63,365 bases of DNA from a virus. Taxonomy: Duplodnaviria; Caudoviricetes. The notes beneath the pieces are model-generated. The model was not told where the DNA came from and made no database searches. It saw only the letters and a program-made list of their open reading frames with translations. The stretch's first letter is position 1, and the number at the start of each line of letters is the position of its first letter. The position numbers and the translations under genes are program-made. The DNA is taken from positions 1 to 63,365 of the IMG/VR virus record IMGVR_UViG_3300025141_000081; one strand, written 5' to 3'. This document shows, piece after piece, positions 36,721-48,472 of this stretch.

Positions 36721-38514
36721 ATGCCGTCTCGTAAAACACCGATAAAGTACACAAGCAGAGAATTCGATTCGATTAAAAGAGATTTGATCGAACATGCCAA
36801 GCGATACTACCCAGATACCTTTAAAGATTTTAACGAAGCTTCGTTTGGGGCTTTAATGATTGACACCGTAGCGTATGTTGGGGACATCTTGTCTTTTTAC
36901 CTCGACTACCAAGTTAATGAATCCTTTATCGATTCTGCGATAGAATACAACAATATTATCAGACTCAGCCGCCAGATGGGGTTTAAATATAAAGCAAACC
37001 CATCATCCTATGGCACCGTCGCTATATACGCAATAGTGCCAGCAAGCACATCTGGTCTCGGTCCAGATAGCGCTTATCTGCCAATCCTTAAAAAGGGAAG
37101 CGAGCTATCATCTACGTCAGGGAACACGTTTATACTAGATGAGGATGTAAGATTCGATGACCCTGCAAATGAAATAGTGGCAGCCAGGACCGATACCTCA
37201 ACAGGGCTTCCTACATACTATGCTGTAAGGGCTTACGGAAGAATCGTTTCTGGCATCTTTGGAGTTGAAAAGATTAGTATTGGATCTTTTGAGAGATTTC
37301 GACGGACAAAACTTGATTCCGATACAATAACAGAGGTTCTATCTGTTGTGGATTCGGAAGGGAACGAGTATCTTGAGGTTGAGCACTTGTCACAGAACAC
37401 TGTGTATAAGGAAGTCGTAAATAAAGGAGATAATAAAGAAACCGTGCCCTCCTTATTGAGACCCATGATAGTCCCAAGAAGATTTGTGGTTGAAAGAGAG
37501 CAGGATAACATCTTCCTGCAATTTGGCTATGGAGGCCCCTCGGAAATACGAAGTCCCTCGGTAGCCGATCCAAAAAATGTCGTCCTACAATTAAACGGGA
37601 GAGACTATATTACAGATAAGTCATTTGATCCTTATCGGCTTTTGACTACTGACAAATTTGGGATTGCTCCTGCAAACACTACTCTGACCATCACCTATAG
37701 AACAAATACGGCGGCTAACGTTAACGCTGCTGCGGGTTCGGTAACTAAAGTTATTCGGCCAATTCTAGAATTCAGCAACAGATCGGATCTGACAGATTCC
37801 AAGGTTACAAACATATCTACATCTTTAGAGTCTTATAATAATGAGCCAATAACGGGTGATACTTCACTGCCGTCCGCAGAAGAGTTAAGGAGAAGAACTA
37901 TTGATTTCTTTGCAACTCAAAATAGGGCTGTGACACAACTTGACTATGAAGCGCTGGTGTATGCAATGCCAGAAAAGTTTGGTTCTGTCAAGAGGTGTAG
38001 AATTGTTAGAGATTCCGATTCTCTTAGACGAAACCTAAATTTGTATTTAATTTCTGAAGACTCCGCTGGTAAGCTTACGGCCACCAACAGTACTATTAAG
38101 GAAAATATTAAAGTTTGGCTAAATAGGAATAAAATGATTAGCGATACAGTTGATATTTTAGACGCTAAAATAGTCAATATTGGTGTTGAATACGAAGTTG
38201 TTGTTGATGAAGAAGTCAATCGATTTAAGGTTCTGTCTGACTGCACGCAGGCAATAAAGAAATTATTTTCTGTTGCTCCGTTTATCGGAGAGCCTCTTTA
38301 TCTTACAGATATGTATAGCGCACTAAATAAGGTAAGTGGGGTTGTGGATACTAAGAGGGTCAACATAATCAAGAAAAAGGGTGCAAACTATTCAAGCACA
38401 ATGTTTGATATAAACGAAGCGCTGTCTGCTGATGGTCGCTATTTGTCGGTTCCTATTAATGTTGCGCTAGAACTAAAGTATCCAAATTCTGACATAACAG
38501 GAGCAATTTCGTAA
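36721..38514 (+). CDS. baseplate wedge subunit (T4 gp6 / baseplate J-like)
   Basis: REFDSIKRDL, DFNEASFG..MID.VAYVGDILSFYLD, QFG.G, QNRAVTQLDY. Confidence 0.9.
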   Translation: MPSRKTPIKYTSREFDSIKRDLIEHAKRYYPDTFKDFNEASFGALMIDTVAYVGDILSFYLDYQVNESFIDSAIEYNNIIRLSRQMGFKYKANPSSYGTVAIYAIVPASTSGLGPDSAYLPILKKGSELSSTSGNTFILDEDVRFDDPANEIVAARTDTSTGLPTYYAVRAYGRIVSGIFGVEKISIGSFERFRRTKLDSDTITEVLSVVDSEGNEYLEVEHLSQNTVYKEVVNKGDNKETVPSLLRPMIVPRRFVVEREQDNIFLQFGYGGPSEIRSPSVADPKNVVLQLNGRDYITDKSFDPYRLLTTDKFGIAPANTTLTITYRTNTAANVNAAAGSVTKVIRPILEFSNRSDLTDSKVTNISTSLESYNNEPITGDTSLPSAEELRRRTIDFFATQNRAVTQLDYEALVYAMPEKFGSVKRCRIVRDSDSLRRNLNLYLISEDSAGKLTATNSTIKENIKVWLNRNKMISDTVDILDAKIVNIGVEYEVVVDEEVNRFKVLSDCTQAIKKLFSVAPFIGEPLYLTDMYSALNKVSGVVDTKRVNIIKKKGANYSSTMFDINEALSADGRYLSVPINVALELKYPNSDITGAIS

Positions 38515-40094
38515 TGGCTATTAAAAGGTATTTTGCCTCAAAAGACAATACTATTACAAATGCTTTTAAACCTGATTTGAGTACTCGTGCGACCTCCTCA
38601 AATATGGGACTGTCAGACGTTTCAGAAATATTTTCCATTTATGGGCAAACCTCCAGCTCGTTAGGTCTTAGCTTGGAAGAGGCTAGAATTCTTATTAGCT
38701 TTCCGACGACCACTATGGCCACTGACAGGACTAGCGGTGCTATCCCGGCTAGTGGTAGTGTGTCTTTTTATCTAAAGATGTTCAATGCGGATCATGGACA
38801 AACCCTGCCACAAAACTATTATATGGAAGTCAAAGCTGTGACTGGGTCCGATGCTAATTCTAGAGATTGGCAAGAGGGGTATGGCCTTGATATGGAAAGC
38901 TACTCTGATTCTACGCAGGATATTACCGGTTCTAACTGGATAAATATGACTGGAAGTGAGGCATGGACTACTGCTGGTGGGGATTACGCGGACCCAGACA
39001 CGGATTTATCTTCTTCTTTCACACAGTATTTTGATGATGGCGTAGAAGATTTAGAAATTGACATCACAACTCTTGTAGAGCAGTGGCTAAGTTCGTCGGC
39101 AAACTCAGAGACTGCTGTGAATATGGGTCTTAAACAAAATTATGGTGTTGGTGTGATGCTATCGTCTAGCCATACCGCAGAGTTCAGGTCCTTTTACACT
39201 AAAAAGTTCTTCGCTAGAGGTTCAGAATTTTATTTCAAAAGGCCCGTGTTAGAAGCCCGGTGGGATTCTAGAAAAAGAGATAACAGAGGAAACTTTATCT
39301 ATAGTAGTTCTTTGGCGACACCTGACGAAAACTTAAATAAAATTTATCTATATAATTATTTCCGTGGCCAACTGAGGAACATACCTGATGTTGGAACTGG
39401 AAATATTTATATTAGTTTTTACTCTGGGTCAGCTGACGATTCCGCTCCTTATGGTAGCGCCTTAGAGTTGGTCGTGGATGGCACCCATGTGACTGATGCA
39501 GCACGCAACACAGTCGTCACAGGGTCTTATTCGACTACAGGTATCTATACGGGGAGCGTGTCCCTCACGGGCGCGTCAACGCCTCTCACGACGATTTATG
39601 ATGTATGGTTTAAAGGTGGGGATACCATCACCAACGCTTCAGACGCATTAGTCCGATATCATACTGGCTCCATTAGACCAAAAACTTTAGATTCTTACGA
39701 TGTTGCTCCATCTGATAAGTATGTAACGAGTATCACAAACCTTAAGTCTGTTTACTCAAATACTGAGACCGCTAGATTTAGGGTGTTCGCCAGGACTAAG
39801 GATTGGTCTCCAACAATTTATACTGTCGCCACTACAGTAGTTGAAAGCACGGAGATAGAAAGTGGTTCTTATAAAGTATTTAGGGTTATTGATGAACTTG
39901 ACGTTATACCTTATGGAACTGGTAGTGATTTACATACGGCAATGAGTTATGATCTATCTGGCAACTACTTTGATCTTGACATGTCAATACTACAAGTAGA
40001 TTATATGTATGGAATTAAATTTACTTATTACAATAACTCAATAGGAGATTGGGTGGAACAACCTGAGGTATTTAAATTTAGGGTTGAGAAATGA
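38514..40094 (+). CDS. structural baseplate/tail protein (DNRLRE-like beta-sandwich), rich in the S/T-G/S-S motif
   Basis: ASKDNTI...ARILI.F...WQEG...WTTAGGD...IDITTLVEQW...NYG...RPVLE pattern. Confidence 0.7.
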   Translation: MAIKRYFASKDNTITNAFKPDLSTRATSSNMGLSDVSEIFSIYGQTSSSLGLSLEEARILISFPTTTMATDRTSGAIPASGSVSFYLKMFNADHGQTLPQNYYMEVKAVTGSDANSRDWQEGYGLDMESYSDSTQDITGSNWINMTGSEAWTTAGGDYADPDTDLSSSFTQYFDDGVEDLEIDITTLVEQWLSSSANSETAVNMGLKQNYGVGVMLSSSHTAEFRSFYTKKFFARGSEFYFKRPVLEARWDSRKRDNRGNFIYSSSLATPDENLNKIYLYNYFRGQLRNIPDVGTGNIYISFYSGSADDSAPYGSALELVVDGTHVTDAARNTVVTGSYSTTGIYTGSVSLTGASTPLTTIYDVWFKGGDTITNASDALVRYHTGSIRPKTLDSYDVAPSDKYVTSITNLKSVYSNTETARFRVFARTKDWSPTIYTVATTVVESTEIESGSYKVFRVIDELDVIPYGTGSDLHTAMSYDLSGNYFDLDMSILQVDYMYGIKFTYYNNSIGDWVEQPEVFKFRVEK

Positions 40095-43000
40095 GCACTA
40101 AAAACCTTTTTGACAAAGGGAAATCATATAAAGTACTCTCTTCGGTTGACCCAGACACTTTGGGGCTGGATGCGGAGTCTTATAGGAATGTTCGAGCTAA
40201 AGTTTTAGATAAAAATAGATTTGTTCCAAATGTAGATTTTTCTTCTGCCTCCAACTTTGTCAAATATGGCTCTGCAAAAAAGTATTATGAGACTGCTTTT
40301 GATAGAATTACCAATGAATACCCTTATGATGGGTCAAGTGCAGAGAAGCATGAATTCTTTAATAGCTCTTCGTATTTAGATTTACATCTTTTTGATAATG
40401 ACTATCCAACCACAACAGGGTATATAACCCTAACCTCAGATCAATGGGGCACTTCTACGATTAAGGGTACCGGAGCAGGCACCGACGATGCGTGGGGGGT
40501 AACGGATGATACTGAATATCTTCATATTATAGGTGGCCCGCACACAGCTTCAGGTGGAATGATAGGAGAAACTATACACTCCAGATTCTCAGGATCGAAT
40601 ATTTACGATGGAGACATATACGATACTGAGGGAGTTCTCTCCTTGGGCAAACAAGGAACTAGAGAATCAAATTTAAAGTTTGATCTCACCAGAGGCGTGA
40701 CTACGGAGTTTTGGATAAATAAGGGAACATGGCTTGGATCTTCACTGAGTGATAAGGAAGTTATTTTCGATTTCTGGAATGGAGAGGCCTCTTCAAGCGC
40801 AGGGTATGGCAGACTTCTCATCTACCTAACCGGTAGTTCCAATGGAGAAGACCCGATTAGGGCCCATCTGGCTTCTGGATCAAATGTCTGGGATATCTCT
40901 TATGGAGGATCCACAGTATTAACCTCATCTTTAACTAGCAATTGGAAGCACGTAGCTTTAACATTTGTTACTGGCTCCACGCAGCTAAAATCTGATTTTT
41001 ATTATGATGGGGCGTTACAAGAAACCAAAACTAATACTTCTTTGACTTCTTTTGGAGAGATTACCGGATCTTTAAACGCTTTCGTAGGGGCACTGCAAAC
41101 AACCCCGTCAGGCAATATTTATCATGGCGAAACCATGATTGGCGCTGGCAAACTTTCAGCTTCGTTGGATGAGTTTAGATACTGGAAGGCTGAGAGGACA
41201 CACGAAGAGGTAGCAAAGAATTATTTTAGACATGTCGATGGCGGGGCTAATGCCGACATAGCCAACACAGAACTCGGCGTATACTTTAAATTTAACGAAG
41301 GGATAACAACTATTGCTGCTACAGACGCATCTGTTTTGGACTATTCCGGTAGGATTAGTAATGGAGTCTGGGTTGGATACCCAGCCGGGACTGCAAGGAA
41401 TACGGGCTCTGCTATTGTGTCTTCAAGCGCCGCTTCTTATGAGCTAGAAGATCCGATTATATATTCAATCCATCCCGATGTTACGGCCAAAAGGGCTGAG
41501 TTGGTTATAAGCGGCTCTGCCTATGACCATCAGAATAACTCTTCAATTTATTATACTTTGCCTTCTTGGATTATAGAGGAAGATGATGAAAGTGGAGAAA
41601 TATTAAATCTTACCCAGGTTGTGGCAAGCTATTTTGATACCCTTCACGCTCAAATGGCAGAAGTCCCAAGGCTTAAAGACATTTCTTACTTAAGTTCTAG
41701 CTTAAAACCTTATCCATTTTCTAATAGACTTTTGGAATCAGCGGGTCTTTTTGCTCCTGAGATTTTTGTTGACGCCTCAGTCCTAGAGCACATAAAAGGT
41801 CAAAGCGAAACAAGATTTTATGATAAGGATCTATCCGAGATTAAAAATCTCATCTACCAGAATATATACAATAATTTAGTTTATATTTATAAGACAAAGG
41901 GCACAGAAAAGTCATTTAGAAATGTTATTCGATGTTATGGGGTTGACGACGAATTAATTAAGGTCAATCTTTATGGAAATAATGTAACACATAAACTAAG
42001 AGACAACTTTAGATCGTCAGTCACAAAGAAAACGTATGCGGACTTTAATCATCCGACTAGGTTTGAATCCACAATAACTCACCAAACTTCTAGTACGAAT
42101 ATAAATACGCTAGATGTCACCTATATATCCGGGACAACTGGGAATTCCCGAACTGCTGAGGTCGAGGTTATCTTTCCTAAAAAGTTCAGACCAAGCGACG
42201 AACAGTATTTCAAAACTGATTTTTTAAGTTCTTCTGTCTTTGGCTACCATCGAGTTAAAACAAGTTTAGATATACAAGATTTTTCTGGCTATTCTACTTC
42301 TGCTGATAGAAGCCTACAACTTTATGCTGTTCGTCCATTTGTAGAATCAAAAGATGCTTATTTTGTACTAGAGAATCCCGCCCAGACCATTAGACTAACA
42401 AGTAGTGTATACCAAGACTTATACGATGACACTAAATGGAATTTTGCCATCAGAACGTACCTTTCCAAGAAGGAGCAAGCTGATTATGTTTCAGGTTCGG
42501 CGGGAACGGCAGGCGAAAGCGATATTATATTTGAGCTTTATGGCTGTAATGTTGAATTGGGCATTGTGAAGAACCAGTTTTCGGTTACTGCTTCAACGGC
42601 TCAGTCTGCTACGGCAAATGGATACATAACTAGTCCAAGAAGATATTATGCAGGGGCACACAGAGTAGACTTTACCGGGTCTATAACGACAAAATCTGAC
42701 ATAAAAGTTTCATCCGTGAGGCACTGGGAATCTTTTTTAACTAATGAAGAGGTAACCTCTCATGCTAAAAACACTAATGCTTATGGGGTCTTGGACCCTC
42801 TTGAAAGCACACACCTATATGATGTTGGGACACAAGGGCATCATATTCCCAAGATAGAAACTTTATCCCTATCCTGGGCTCTAGACGATGTGACTGGGTC
42901 TGATACTGATGGGGAATTTCTAATTAATGATTTTTCATCTGGCTCTATAGAGAAGAGAACAAGATATCCAGGGGACTATGGCGAATCAGTCGGCAACCAA

Positions 43001-46000
43001 CACACAGGACGTGGTTTTTTCTTCCCAGCCAGCTCCACAAGCTCTGTCTCTGTCGAGTATGTGCAGACAGCAGTCCAGTCATTGCCAGAGGTTGTTACAA
43101 GCTATGACATGACAAATATCATGGATTTTGACGATGAGATTTTTGAAAAAGATAGTAGAACTATTAATCATTTCTTTGCGATCGAAAAGAGTATGTATCA
43201 AACCATTTCTGAAGAAATGCTTAATATGTTTAGTACAATTGTTGGTTTCAACAATTTAATTGGCGAACCTGTTAACAGGTATCGCCAAGAATACAAAGAT
43301 ATGGCTAAGCTGCGTAATCTCTTTTTTGAGAATGTAGAGAACGTCCCAGACTTAGATAAGTACGTTGATTTTTATAGGTGGATCGACTCTTCACTCTCCA
43401 TTATTCTGAGACAGTTAATCCCTGCTTCTGCAAATACATCAGAAGATGTTCGGACCATGATTGAAAGTCACGTCTTAGAAAGAAACAAATATTACAACAA
43501 GTTCCCAGCCCTAGAGCTTAAATCTGGTGAGATTATTGCTGGCCTAAATGGGATTAATAAGTTTGAACCAGATGAAATACCAAACTGGAGATATGCATAT
43601 GCTCCCATCTCTGACAGCGAAGCTGACAATACAATCTATTGGAAATATGCAGAGGCTACCCATCCTATTCTTTCTTCTAGCAATGCTGATGTAAACTTAT
43701 CAAGAAATGCAATAATACGATCTAAGAGAGGGGTGAGAGATAGAAGATACAGAACACCATATAAACTTAGTGCCGAAGTGGGTATAGAGGATAAAGTATC
43801 AAGACACGGCACAGGACGTAGAGTTATTCATGGCGGGATAAATTCAGCTCGCAGCAAGAAGGTCGGCTCTTATAGGGACGTGGTGAGCTTTGGAACCGCA
43901 GATGGATTTGTATTTGATAATATTAAGAATGTGATTGATGTGAACGATGTCATACACCCTATGCATAAAAAATATCAAGTTTTTGAAGAAACTAATAATA
44001 GTTTAAAAGGAGAAACGTTTGCTCCATTTAGAGTCTTAAGTGGATCAGCAGATGGGTATAACTCTAGTTTCGGCACCTTTCAGGCTGTAAACCTTCATAC
44101 TGATGCCTACCATGCTGGTGGAGAAATTCCATTGCAAAGTCCATTCACGGAGAAGTTTGTCGGAGGCCATGTTTCAAGACATACCCCAATTAATAGTGGG
44201 TCAGATGATATAACTAACCGTGCTGAGTCGTGGAAACTTACAACTACTTCTACTTCCCTTACGTTTGCTCACCCAGATACAGATAAACCGCGAGACACTA
44301 TTACTAGAAATGTAAAGGCTAAACGTCCCGTAAACATAGAGAATTTAAAAATTACTGGTAGTAGTGCTTTGGGCAACTATTCTAACATTAGAGAAGTTGT
44401 GCAAGTCGCTGGCAGGGCTGGAAATAATAGTCAATTTGTCAGGAACGAAGGCGTATCCATAAGCCACATAGTGTCAGGAGACATCACAGGAATTGTGGAC
44501 CACGAGATATCTCAATTTAGCAGCTCAGCCCACGTAATAGCGGAAATATTTTCTGCTCCTGGGGGGCCTGACGTATCGCGAGGCGGGCTTGACGCAGAGA
44601 CGGGGCAGTACAGTGTATATAATGTTTTGCCGTATAGGAACCTCCTAGTTAGAGTCCCACTCAGGACGATGCTATCTGCTTCTACCTCACAGTTTGGATT
44701 CAGGCCAGGAGCGACAGCAACATCGGCAGATTATTCTGGGACTGCCAATTTCCATAAAATAAATAGAAATACTTTAAACAGAATTTTATATAGCAATGCT
44801 TACACGGGAGATTTGGGCACAGTGGCTACGGCTTCTGTGAATGATAACAGTTTTATAACACGCCCCATACCACAAAGTGATTTACAATATGTATGGCTGA
44901 CAGGCTCCTATGAGTCAACAGCATTGGGCGGCACACGCTCAAGTGGCAGGACAATGCTTGGGTACGCCCCTAGAGATTTTGAGGTTTCCACTTCAGCCGG
45001 TTATGTGAACGCCATTACATTTGCAAGTCAAAGTCATATCGCAGCCGCGAACACCGGAATCCCAGTAGATTTGATTGGGCTGAATACAGTGGTAAACGAG
45101 CCGATATCGGCTTCGCAGCAAACGTTGGGCTACCCGCTAACCACAGATGCAGGATCCACTAGTAGTCCCTACAACACAAATCCCACCAATAATGTCGGAA
45201 GTGGTCAAGTTCTTTCGGCTCTTATGGCCCATCGAAGAAGCCTTTCTGGGTTCAGTACATGGAGACAAATAAGGACTGGAGAACATCCTGTTGCTAGGGT
45301 GCTAAGAGAAAGCCACATTATATCTATAGAAAATAACGACAAGCAAACGTTTTCATCAGGTGGAAGAGTCTTGCCTGCGCAAAGACACGGAGGGTTTACC
45401 CAGTACAGAGAGTCTCCAGTTATTTCTAAACATAAACCCATAATTCAGTCTATGGCTGACTTAAATATCGGCTCTACATATGGAAACAATATATCTTATT
45501 ATTCTAATCTTGCTCTCAACAGGAATTACGCTCCTCCGCAACAACCACAATTATATGATAAGATTAAGTCAGCTTATGGCGCAGACTTTAATTATTTGAG
45601 ATATTCAGAATCGGTGTACCCAGCTGAAAAGAATGCATATGATAATAGAATTAGACTCAGAAAGGGATATACAATCGACTATTGGCATTCTAATAGGCAA
45701 ACTCGGGAGGATAATAAAGCTAACAAGATAAGTTTAGGAAGTCGAAGTAAATATAGTATTTGGGCGATGGATGCAAAAAATGGATTCGCAACGAGTACGA
45801 CAGTTACCGCTCAAACGGATGGCACCTCCCCAGCCGGGGAGCTGCAAAACTACGGAACTTATGGCCATTATGGAAACAAGCAATATATAACAGCTTCTGC
45901 TTTATATTCTCTTAAGCATTGGGTTGCTACGACAGCATCCGTTGCTGCACCGTCTGGCATTGCTATAGCTGAGTCTGCTGGTGCGGCTGGTACGGGTGAT

Positions 46001-48472
46001 CGTATTTTTGGATTCTTAACTGTCGGTGGGGGGAATGCTTTATGGGAAGCTGGCTCGCTCTCTGGTCGTATCGAAGACGGTGCTTTTGTCTCAAGCTCGG
46101 CAGGTAGACAAAGTCCTGCTTATGATTCTTATGAGGATTATGCTCTGGAATTGCGAGGCAAGAACAAGGATTTTTCAATCGTCCCTGAGTTCAGGATTAG
46201 CGATCACCTAGACTTCTATATTAACAAAAGCCGAGGAGATTTTCTAGCTGCTAATAGCGCTTCTTTTGATATATTTGGAGCGACAAGCTCAGCTGATTTC
46301 CCAACAGAAAGCAGTCAAGAACAATTCTACAACGTCTATACCAATTCAGATTTCTTGAAATATTTTGAAGTTGTGAAGAGAGATCATGAAGGAATAGCAG
46401 ACGATCAATCGGTTACTTTAAAATGTAAGGCTTTAATGAAGTTTCTTCCATATAATGGATTCTATCCGGCAGAAAGAACTCTTCAAATGGCGACACAATT
46501 CTCTTCTTCCTATGCGAATCACGTAGAATATACCGGGGCGGATTCTACATATGAAAATGCAAAGATAAGGCCATTCTTGGAAACTATGTTCGCTCCAGGG
46601 GTGGTTTATAACTCTATTAAATCCGGTATTGGCGTTCCATATCCTGTACTTACATCAAGTTATGATGTACAAGCCTTGGGTAGTTACTATGCGATTAGTT
46701 CAAGCAATAATGGTAGCAGTTTTAGGATGATTGACTTTGAAGCGGCAGTAGAGCCAGAAAAGTATCTCTCTAGGGTTCCCTTGGTAGATATGGAAGCACA
46801 CCCTAGTGCTTCACTTAATTTAACCGCATCTTGGAGTGGTCGAGGAGACCCCCTCTATAGCATGATGGCACACAACTTCTTTGGAGAGGTACCAGAATTC
46901 TTCTTGCCACAAGGAAATGTAACAACAATAACCTCCCTCCCGGAAAGTGATCCGAGATTTGGCAATGCTATAAGCGGTAGTGTTTATGCAATGAGAATAA
47001 AAATGTTTAGAAGTATGAACGCAGCTCGATCATCTTCGGCGGGTACATATGACATGCCGCAAGACAATCCCTTGCAAGACAATCTTCGCGAAACGTTTAC
47101 TATGTACAGCAGGCCCACAGCCTTTTTCCATGCCGTCACAGGAAGAGAAGCACTCACTGCTGCCACAGATCATGATGGAAACTATGGGCAAAGGATGCTA
47201 GATAGTTATAGCGGCTATAACTGGGTAGCAACTCCACCATACTATCATGGGGAAGCTTGGCTGGACATACAGTTTACAGCCGATACAACTAAAAAATATA
47301 CATTGGCTGAGGTCTTGGGTGACATAGACACAGTTTTCGAATCGAGATTTGACAACAACACAATTACTCCTGGGAATGACGCAGGATATTACCACGAAAG
47401 TCGCCTTAGGGACAACATACTAAAACTTACGGATACTCTTATAACTGATGGTAGGGCAAGGATTAAATCTGTTGATTTTGACCCGGTTACTGGCAGACCA
47501 ACAGCTGTTAGGGACGACCCAACAGCAAACCATGTGGCCTGGGTTGTCCAGCCTAAATGGGAGACTCCAATGTTTGATTTTGGAGATACTGGGGTCCGAC
47601 CCATAACCAATGCCGCTGGAAATCTAACATTAACCCCCGACCATTCTGGATCTATTCCTAGAGGGATGTGGCACCAGTTTGGACTTCCACCAGACTCCCC
47701 AGATAAGGGAATCTTTTTGCAAATAACCGATATTCCTCAAGATTGGTTAGAGAACCACCCAGGAGTTAGTGCTCAGTATTATAATAATGGCAGCGTCAAA
47801 TCCTTAGTAGATGTTTTTGGATTCGATCAGACCCCCCATAGACTTGGGGAGGTGGCTTTACACAAAACTGTTAGCGAGGCCGTTATAGCTGTACCTTTTG
47901 TCGAGAAGGGGACAACTAAAAAGTTTTTTCCAATATCAAGAGGGATTATAAACAAGGCTTTAGCGGGTGATCTTGAAGAAGACAATTCTATTCGTCAAAT
48001 GGTTGAAAAGTTACAAAATTATGTTTTGCCGCCCAAGATGGATTTCTTAACGTGTAAGCATGTGAAACCATTTGCTATGTATGTTTTTGAATTTGAACAC
48101 ATCTTCGATAAAGACGACTTAGCTCATATTTGGCAGAATCTGCCACCAAAATCTATAGATAGAATAGAGGAGAAGCAGGCTACTGTCACACATAAGCTTC
48201 TGTCTAGTGAGTTACTCGGAATTGATGGAATGCCAACCGGGCTTAGGTGGATGGTCTTCAAAGTGAAGAAGAAGGCAATTAAAAACTATTTTTCCAAGAC
48301 AGCATCAAAGCATGGAGATAATTTAGATGATAAAAGGTATAAATTTGAATTCGAGATAGCTGGGAGAACAAAGGAGATAGACTATAGTTACAACTGGCCT
48401 TATGATTTCTTTTCTCTTGTTGAGATGGTCAAGATAGATGCAGAGGTTGAGTTTAGGGGAGAGGACGAATAA
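40091..48472 (+). CDS. 2793-aa baseplate wedge-like protein (gp7-like) with LamG domains
   Basis: YIYKTKGTEKSFRNVIRCYG (gp7/gpI-like KGT motif); LamG elements TTEFWI, WKHVALT, SLDEFRYW, YFKFNEG. Confidence 0.75.
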   Translation: MSTKNLFDKGKSYKVLSSVDPDTLGLDAESYRNVRAKVLDKNRFVPNVDFSSASNFVKYGSAKKYYETAFDRITNEYPYDGSSAEKHEFFNSSSYLDLHLFDNDYPTTTGYITLTSDQWGTSTIKGTGAGTDDAWGVTDDTEYLHIIGGPHTASGGMIGETIHSRFSGSNIYDGDIYDTEGVLSLGKQGTRESNLKFDLTRGVTTEFWINKGTWLGSSLSDKEVIFDFWNGEASSSAGYGRLLIYLTGSSNGEDPIRAHLASGSNVWDISYGGSTVLTSSLTSNWKHVALTFVTGSTQLKSDFYYDGALQETKTNTSLTSFGEITGSLNAFVGALQTTPSGNIYHGETMIGAGKLSASLDEFRYWKAERTHEEVAKNYFRHVDGGANADIANTELGVYFKFNEGITTIAATDASVLDYSGRISNGVWVGYPAGTARNTGSAIVSSSAASYELEDPIIYSIHPDVTAKRAELVISGSAYDHQNNSSIYYTLPSWIIEEDDESGEILNLTQVVASYFDTLHAQMAEVPRLKDISYLSSSLKPYPFSNRLLESAGLFAPEIFVDASVLEHIKGQSETRFYDKDLSEIKNLIYQNIYNNLVYIYKTKGTEKSFRNVIRCYGVDDELIKVNLYGNNVTHKLRDNFRSSVTKKTYADFNHPTRFESTITHQTSSTNINTLDVTYISGTTGNSRTAEVEVIFPKKFRPSDEQYFKTDFLSSSVFGYHRVKTSLDIQDFSGYSTSADRSLQLYAVRPFVESKDAYFVLENPAQTIRLTSSVYQDLYDDTKWNFAIRTYLSKKEQADYVSGSAGTAGESDIIFELYGCNVELGIVKNQFSVTASTAQSATANGYITSPRRYYAGAHRVDFTGSITTKSDIKVSSVRHWESFLTNEEVTSHAKNTNAYGVLDPLESTHLYDVGTQGHHIPKIETLSLSWALDDVTGSDTDGEFLINDFSSGSIEKRTRYPGDYGESVGNQHTGRGFFFPASSTSSVSVEYVQTAVQSLPEVVTSYDMTNIMDFDDEIFEKDSRTINHFFAIEKSMYQTISEEMLNMFSTIVGFNNLIGEPVNRYRQEYKDMAKLRNLFFENVENVPDLDKYVDFYRWIDSSLSIILRQLIPASANTSEDVRTMIESHVLERNKYYNKFPALELKSGEIIAGLNGINKFEPDEIPNWRYAYAPISDSEADNTIYWKYAEATHPILSSSNADVNLSRNAIIRSKRGVRDRRYRTPYKLSAEVGIEDKVSRHGTGRRVIHGGINSARSKKVGSYRDVVSFGTADGFVFDNIKNVIDVNDVIHPMHKKYQVFEETNNSLKGETFAPFRVLSGSADGYNSSFGTFQAVNLHTDAYHAGGEIPLQSPFTEKFVGGHVSRHTPINSGSDDITNRAESWKLTTTSTSLTFAHPDTDKPRDTITRNVKAKRPVNIENLKITGSSALGNYSNIREVVQVAGRAGNNSQFVRNEGVSISHIVSGDITGIVDHEISQFSSSAHVIAEIFSAPGGPDVSRGGLDAETGQYSVYNVLPYRNLLVRVPLRTMLSASTSQFGFRPGATATSADYSGTANFHKINRNTLNRILYSNAYTGDLGTVATASVNDNSFITRPIPQSDLQYVWLTGSYESTALGGTRSSGRTMLGYAPRDFEVSTSAGYVNAITFASQSHIAAANTGIPVDLIGLNTVVNEPISASQQTLGYPLTTDAGSTSSPYNTNPTNNVGSGQVLSALMAHRRSLSGFSTWRQIRTGEHPVARVLRESHIISIENNDKQTFSSGGRVLPAQRHGGFTQYRESPVISKHKPIIQSMADLNIGSTYGNNISYYSNLALNRNYAPPQQPQLYDKIKSAYGADFNYLRYSESVYPAEKNAYDNRIRLRKGYTIDYWHSNRQTREDNKANKISLGSRSKYSIWAMDAKNGFATSTTVTAQTDGTSPAGELQNYGTYGHYGNKQYITASALYSLKHWVATTASVAAPSGIAIAESAGAAGTGDRIFGFLTVGGGNALWEAGSLSGRIEDGAFVSSSAGRQSPAYDSYEDYALELRGKNKDFSIVPEFRISDHLDFYINKSRGDFLAANSASFDIFGATSSADFPTESSQEQFYNVYTNSDFLKYFEVVKRDHEGIADDQSVTLKCKALMKFLPYNGFYPAERTLQMATQFSSSYANHVEYTGADSTYENAKIRPFLETMFAPGVVYNSIKSGIGVPYPVLTSSYDVQALGSYYAISSSNNGSSFRMIDFEAAVEPEKYLSRVPLVDMEAHPSASLNLTASWSGRGDPLYSMMAHNFFGEVPEFFLPQGNVTTITSLPESDPRFGNAISGSVYAMRIKMFRSMNAARSSSAGTYDMPQDNPLQDNLRETFTMYSRPTAFFHAVTGREALTAATDHDGNYGQRMLDSYSGYNWVATPPYYHGEAWLDIQFTADTTKKYTLAEVLGDIDTVFESRFDNNTITPGNDAGYYHESRLRDNILKLTDTLITDGRARIKSVDFDPVTGRPTAVRDDPTANHVAWVVQPKWETPMFDFGDTGVRPITNAAGNLTLTPDHSGSIPRGMWHQFGLPPDSPDKGIFLQITDIPQDWLENHPGVSAQYYNNGSVKSLVDVFGFDQTPHRLGEVALHKTVSEAVIAVPFVEKGTTKKFFPISRGIINKALAGDLEEDNSIRQMVEKLQNYVLPPKMDFLTCKHVKPFAMYVFEFEHIFDKDDLAHIWQNLPPKSIDRIEEKQATVTHKLLSSELLGIDGMPTGLRWMVFKVKKKAIKNYFSKTASKHGDNLDDKRYKFEFEIAGRTKEIDYSYNWPYDFFSLVEMVKIDAEVEFRGEDE